64,000 nt of DNA from an uncultured virus (IMG/VR IMGVR_UViG_2740892351_000003) (Duplodnaviria > Heunggongvirae > Uroviricota > Caudoviricetes). The notes beneath the pieces are model-generated. The model saw nothing but the letters and a program-made list of their open reading frames with translations, was not told the DNA's origin and ran no database searches. The stretch spans positions 62,001-126,000 of IMG/VR virus record IMGVR_UViG_2740892351_000003. One strand, given 5' to 3'. The translations under genes and the position numbers were made by a program. Of this stretch, positions 59,901 through 64,000 are shown one piece after another. Numbering within the stretch: position 1 is the stretch's first letter; each line of letters starts with the position of its first letter.

Positions 59901-62402
59901 GAAAAAGCCACTCCTACTATTGAAGCTACAGGTGCAGAACAAGCATCCAAACAATTAAATCAATTATCACAAAAAGCACAAGAAATTGGGCAAGGTAATT
60001 ATCATATAAATGTTAGTACTTCAACTGAACAAGGGGCTAAGAATATTTCAGGACTTATAGCTAGAGTAAAACAATTCTTAGCTTTGAAAGTATCTACACT
60101 TGTATTTAGAACTGAAACTGCACAAGCAGCAAAAAATGTATCAGGTTTGTTAGCCAAAGTACAAAGTTATGTTAGCCGATATGGTGGAAAAACTATAAAG
60201 ACTACATTTAGTGCATTAACTGCAACTGCTGCAAAGAACATATCAGGGCTTATTAGGAAAATAGAGTCATTTAAATCAAATTATGCAGGAAAAACATTCA
60301 CTACTACATTTGTAACTAATAAAGTGACTAATAGTTCTGGTGGTGGAGGAGGAGGAAATAGTTCAGATAAGACCAATAAAACTGAACGTACCTCTGTTAC
60401 TAATGTAACTCCAATTCCAGCTAATCTATTAGCTCAACCTAGAACATCAGAACCAGCACCAATAAGTGACGAAACTCCTGTAACACCAAAACCATCCTTA
60501 TTCTCAAGAGCAGTATCAAGAGCCACATCCGCTTTCAAAGTAATCAAACCTAAAGTTACAATAAACAATGACACAATAGACTCATCTGTAAAATATAGTA
60601 TAGAATTATTTAAAGAGTTAGAAAATGCTATATCAGCAGTAACAAATGAAATAGCTCTATTAGACAAAAAAATGGAACATGCTACAGGTGATGAGAAGAT
60701 TAAATACTTACAGGAGCAAAATAAATTATTTGCTCAACAAAAAGATTTAATAAAACAACAACAAGATGGATATAAAGCTGAAAGTAACAGACTTAAAAAT
60801 AGATTAAAAGAAAAGAAAATGGGCTTTAAGTTTGATGATACTGGAAATCTAACTAACTATGAAGAAAAGTTAATATCAATAGAAAAAGAATTAGACAAAT
60901 TAAATTCAAAGTCTGGTGACAAAGAAAATAAAAAAGATGAATCCAGAAAAAAAGAGTTGGAAGAAACTAAGAAAGTCCTTGAAGAATATATTAAAGTTAC
61001 ATTTACAGAACTGCCTAAATGTGAGCAAGAATGGGAAGAATACAATAATAAAATTAAAGAACACAATGAGGAGTTAAGGAAAGCACAAGAAGAAATGTGG
61101 AAACTTAATAAGAATTCCACATGGACTTCTATGTACAAAGATGTAGAGCAAGTAAATAATGAAATAGCAATGATAGATGTATTACTTAAAAATGCTACAG
61201 GTGATGAGCAGATAGAGTTGTTAGAAAAGAAAAAAGAGTTAATGGCCAAGAAGGCTAAAGAACTATCTGAAACAACAGCATATCTTCAAGAAACACAAAA
61301 AGAGCTACAACAAAAGCTACAAGGCTATGGATTTACATTTAGAGATAATGGCGATATAACTAACTTCATTCAACATAAAAATCAACTTAAAAAGAACATG
61401 ACTGATGAAGAATTTAAGAGAATGGAAGAGGCAGCAGAGGGATATTTGGATTTATTGATAAATAAAATACCTGATGCCAATAAGGAAATTGCTGAATCTA
61501 AGGAAGAAATTGAAGCATTAAATAAAGAAATTCAAGATGCTTATAAAGACCAGCTTAAAGAAGCTCAAAGCCTACAAGAAAAAATTAGAGACATGTATAA
61601 AAAAGAGCTTGAAGAGAGACTTAAAGAAATAGATAAAGAAACTAAAGCTAAAATTGATTCTCTTAAAAAGCAACAAGATGCTTACAATGATTCAAGAAAA
61701 GAAGCCAAATATAAAGATGATTATGAAGAACAACAAGATGTAATAAGTGATTTAGAAAAACAAATAGCAATAGCTGAAAGAGATAGTTCTTTAAGTGGTC
61801 AGAAGAAACTTAAAGATTTACAAAAACAATTAAAAGAAGAACAGAAGAAATTACAGGATTTAGTACAAGACCATGTAGACGACCAAGTTAACGATATGTA
61901 TGACAAGGAATCTGACAGACTACAAGAAGAAGCAGATAAGTTAAAAGAAGAGTTAGAGAAAAAATACTCAGATGAAAATTTAGTTGATTTAATTAATGAA
62001 GCAATTTCAAGTGGTAAATTTGTAGGTCTTGATGGAGAGGTTAAGAAACTTCAAGATGCTATTATTGAATACATAAATAAATATGAAGATGGTATGTTGG
62101 CAATGGGTTCTGTCACTAAGCAGGAATGGCTTGATAAGCTAAAAGAAGGTAAAGAGACATTAGAAGATATTAACGACATATTAGATGAATTAGATTTAAG
62201 TAAATTTGCTATGCCTAATTATAATCCTTCTTCAAATTCTCGTTCAAGAAGTGTGTCTCCAACATCATCAGTCAACTTTAATTCACCATTCTTTGTTGTT
62301 CAAGGAAATGTAACTAAGGATACTATGAAAGACTTAGAGAAATTTGGTAGAGATTTAGAAAATAGAGTATATAGAAAAATAGTAGAAAATATTAAATCAT
62401 AG
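53942..62402 (+). CDS. Tape measure protein, spliced: join(53942..55401,55691..55744,56038..56143,56445..62402), 2525 aa
   Basis: The TP901-type TMP core (ELDSSMTDLKKV, ILANVGDM) continues across the junctions as MDML-NYAGNNYAIGTAGVAEAM-KRGGSVL..NPEKVG-NGLKSVAINL. Total 7578 nt in one frame. Confidence 0.9.
55402..55690 (+). ncRNA. Group I intron 1 (289 nt, no ORF)
   Basis: Exon ends in U and pairs with IGS GGCGUGU; terminal G; P4 AUCGGUG/CACCGAG; P7 GCAUA/UAUGC. Confidence 0.85.
55745..56037 (+). ncRNA. Group I intron 2 (293 nt, no ORF)
   Basis: Canonical P AACUGCUGGAAA, Q AAUCAGCAGC, R GUUCAACGACUA, S AAGAUAUAGUCU. Exon GCGAU pairs with IGS GUCGC; terminal G. Confidence 0.92.
56144..56444 (+). 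ncRNA. Group I intron 3 (301 nt, no ORF), related to intron 1
   Basis: Exon GGU pairs with GCC; AAACGGGAAA/AAUCCGAG; CAACGCAUAG..GUAUGCUAG (P7); terminal G. Shares AUAGAAUAUAAU and AGAUAAAAAGCU with intron 1. Confidence 0.85.
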
Positions 62403-62504
62403 ATTATTTATATAAACAAAGGATTTTAAGTAGAAATCCGGATTTCTCTAACAAAATCCAGATTTTATTTCAAAAAATAATATGTATATGATATAATAAT
62501 GATA

Positions 62505-62655
62505 TAAATGATATAAATTTATATCATAAAGACATAAAAAAAGAGACTACAAACTATTTGCTGTAGGGTGTAGTTCTTAAAGTTAACAATAAAAAGAATA
62601 GATTTATGTATTACTTTCAGAATCACTAGACCCGCCAGTCTGGTGATTCTTTAAT
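62505..62655 (+). ncRNA. Antisense antitoxin RNA of type I TA (ends approximate)
   Basis: TG-N-TATAAT extended -10 at ~62489-62497; terminator GAATCACTAGAC..GTCTGGTGATTC overlaps the toxin 3' end. Confidence 0.6.
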
Positions 62656-62765
62656 TTTCTAATAGATGCTTTCAAGTTTAAGATTGCATCTATTAGCTTT
62701 GTCAAATGATTGATTATTCTTGTAATCATAATTATCATTATTAAAAACAAAACTAAGTACTCCAT
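62604..62765 (-). CDS. Type I toxin (53-aa membrane peptide)
   Basis: MEYLVLFLIMIIMITRIINHLTKLIDAILNLKASIRKLKNHQTGGSSDSESNT; AAGGGGGTGAG RBS; the mRNA 5' and 3' ends are complementary (AGAGACTACA / TGTAGTCTCT). Confidence 0.75.
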   Translation of the reverse strand: MEYLVLFLIMIIMITRIINHLTKLIDAILNLKASIRKLKNHQTGGSSDSESNT

Positions 62766-63026
62766 AGTCTCACCCCCTTTCTTACTGGGGATTTTAACTA
62801 AAGAGCCATCACCCTAATAGTCTAAACTGTAGTCTCTAAAAATATTATACCATAATTTTCCATAATGTTAAATTTAATATTATATTGACGACAGCAGTAG
62901 AATAAAGATATAATACAGGTAACAGAAAATTAAAATATTTTTACATAAAGAATTTCTACTTATCTAGGCCACCTTAAACAAGTGGCTATTTTTATACTCT
63001 GGTATATATTTAAGGAGGTGTTACAA

Positions 63027-63182
63027 ATGATAAATAATATAGAAGATTGTAAGCTTCTTATTGAGATAGAAATAAGAATGAAAGGTATAGATGAAAAAGA
63101 ACTAATATCTCAAAGCGAAATTCTGAAAGACCTAAATATTAATGAAAAAGACCTTGAAGATATTGAAGTGAATTTTGAATAA
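63027..63182 (+). CDS. small acidic hypothetical protein (51 aa)
   Basis: AAGGAGGTG RBS before ATG 63027. Confidence 0.65.
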   Translation: MINNIEDCKLLIEIEIRMKGIDEKELISQSEILKDLNINEKDLEDIEVNFE

Positions 63183-63304
63183 TGAAATGATTTATAATAT
63201 ACCTATTTAAAACATGTATTAATTGATATCAGTAATAGTGATTTTTTATTTATTAACTGTAAACGAATCTGTTTTACAAAAACGTATTTATGATATAATA
63301 AAAG

Positions 63305-63412
63305 TAAGGAATTTAATCTACTTAATACAAAGAGTGATTGTTTCCTTAAAGTTAATTAAAAATCAATTTATCTTTTGAAACCACTCTTATTGGCGTTTGA
63401 GTGGTTTTTTGC
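63305..63412 (+). ncRNA. Second type I antitoxin-like RNA (ends approximate)
   Basis: TGATATAAT promoter at ~63291-63299; terminator AAACCACTC..GAGTGGTTTT. Confidence 0.5.
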
Positions 63413-63478
63413 TTTATCATATATGTAACAAACTATTAAACTTGTTGCAATATTTAGATTAATAAAATATTTTAACTC
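63368..63478 (-). pseudogene. Truncated type I toxin remnant
   Basis: ..NIATSLIVCYIYDKAKNHSNANKSGFKR* has no start codon or RBS, and there is an in-frame stop just upstream. Confidence 0.5.
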
Positions 63479-63522
63479 ATCTTAATTGATGGGCTTTTCT
63501 AATACAAAGAAGGTGATAAAAT

Positions 63523-64000
63523 ATGCATTTTAATGTGAATCTTAAACAGATAAAATCTGATTACACATTAACCATTCACAAGATGAACAAATCATTTTTA
63601 GGTCAAATCCCAATCAACTTTTTAAATTCTATAAAGCGTGAGCTTGGTGGAGTAGATGAAATACAACTTACCATTCCAAAACATATTACAGAACGTTTTC
63701 AATTCTCTAAAGTAGTAAATCCTCTATTTGATGAAATGAAAGAAGAACGTCTTATCTGTCTCAATGATAAAGAGTACTTTGTAATTAAGAATGTTGTGAC
63801 CACAGATGACAAGTTAAAAGTAGTAACAGCTAAATCTAAAGAAGTTAAACTAGGAAAAATTGATGTGAATATTGAGGACTATGGATTACAGATGTTTACC
63901 AAAGATGAAGAAGCATCTATTATATCTCTTAATGATTATTTAAAACAAGAGACAGGCTGGAAACTTGGTTATGTGGATGATTCAATTGCTTATGAAACTG
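63523..64000 (+). CDS. Tail (baseplate hub/Tal-like) protein, N-terminus; runs off the window
   Basis: GAAGGTG RBS; MHFNVNLKQIKSDYTLTIHK..DEIQLTIPKHI..EYFVIK.. is open to the window end. Confidence 0.7.
   Translation, partial: MHFNVNLKQIKSDYTLTIHKMNKSFLGQIPINFLNSIKRELGGVDEIQLTIPKHITERFQFSKVVNPLFDEMKEERLICLNDKEYFVIKNVVTTDDKLKVVTAKSKEVKLGKIDVNIEDYGLQMFTKDEEASIISLNDYLKQETGWKLGYVDDSIAYET

Noticed and set aside
1684..61249. Many short antisense ORFs in the track (for example 1684, 2104, 6484, 14630, 43088, 57335, 60857)
   Set aside because: They are shadows of real genes on the opposite strand, with F/L/S/I-rich composition and no RBS.

Overview
This is a 64-kb, very AT-rich segment of a large temperate Firmicutes siphophage. 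It looks like an extrachromosomal plasmid-prophage of Clostridioides difficile of the phiCD211/phiCDIF1296T type, with SPbeta-like head gene order; the host and phage assignment is inferred from gene content and was not database-checked. Left arm (1-16 kb, minus strand): an IscB/omegaRNA element, an MrpR-like recombinase-fold repressor, a Xer-like recombinase, a solo Cas3 with a degenerate helicase, and an ArdA-headed operon of small unknown genes. 16-27 kb: a lambda-like switch (XRE repressor, three operators), a loxP/dif-like site, ParR/ParM partitioning, HTH replication genes with iteron-like palindromes, HU, and two tRNAs (Ile-UAU, Ser-GCU). 28-43 kb: terminase, portal, protease, capsid, connector and tail genes. 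43-54 kb: an accessory island (BRO antirepressors, LytTR regulator, XRE-TPR proteins, a Zn-ribbon nuclease, a WG-repeat lipoprotein). 54-64 kb: tape measure gene, type I toxin-antitoxin modules and the start of a tail protein. The best-supported unusual finding is three ORF-less group I introns in the tape measure gene, whose removal restores one 2525-aa reading frame. The best candidate for an undescribed system is a ~300-nt closed-stem RNA with a 7-nt periodic A-rich array directly after a coiled-coil gene in the tRNA cluster. Also notable are the nuclease-intact, helicase-dead Cas3, a pair of flip/flop palindromes around the replication region, and a 560-nt structured early leader. All calls were made by eye; no searches or folding programs were run.
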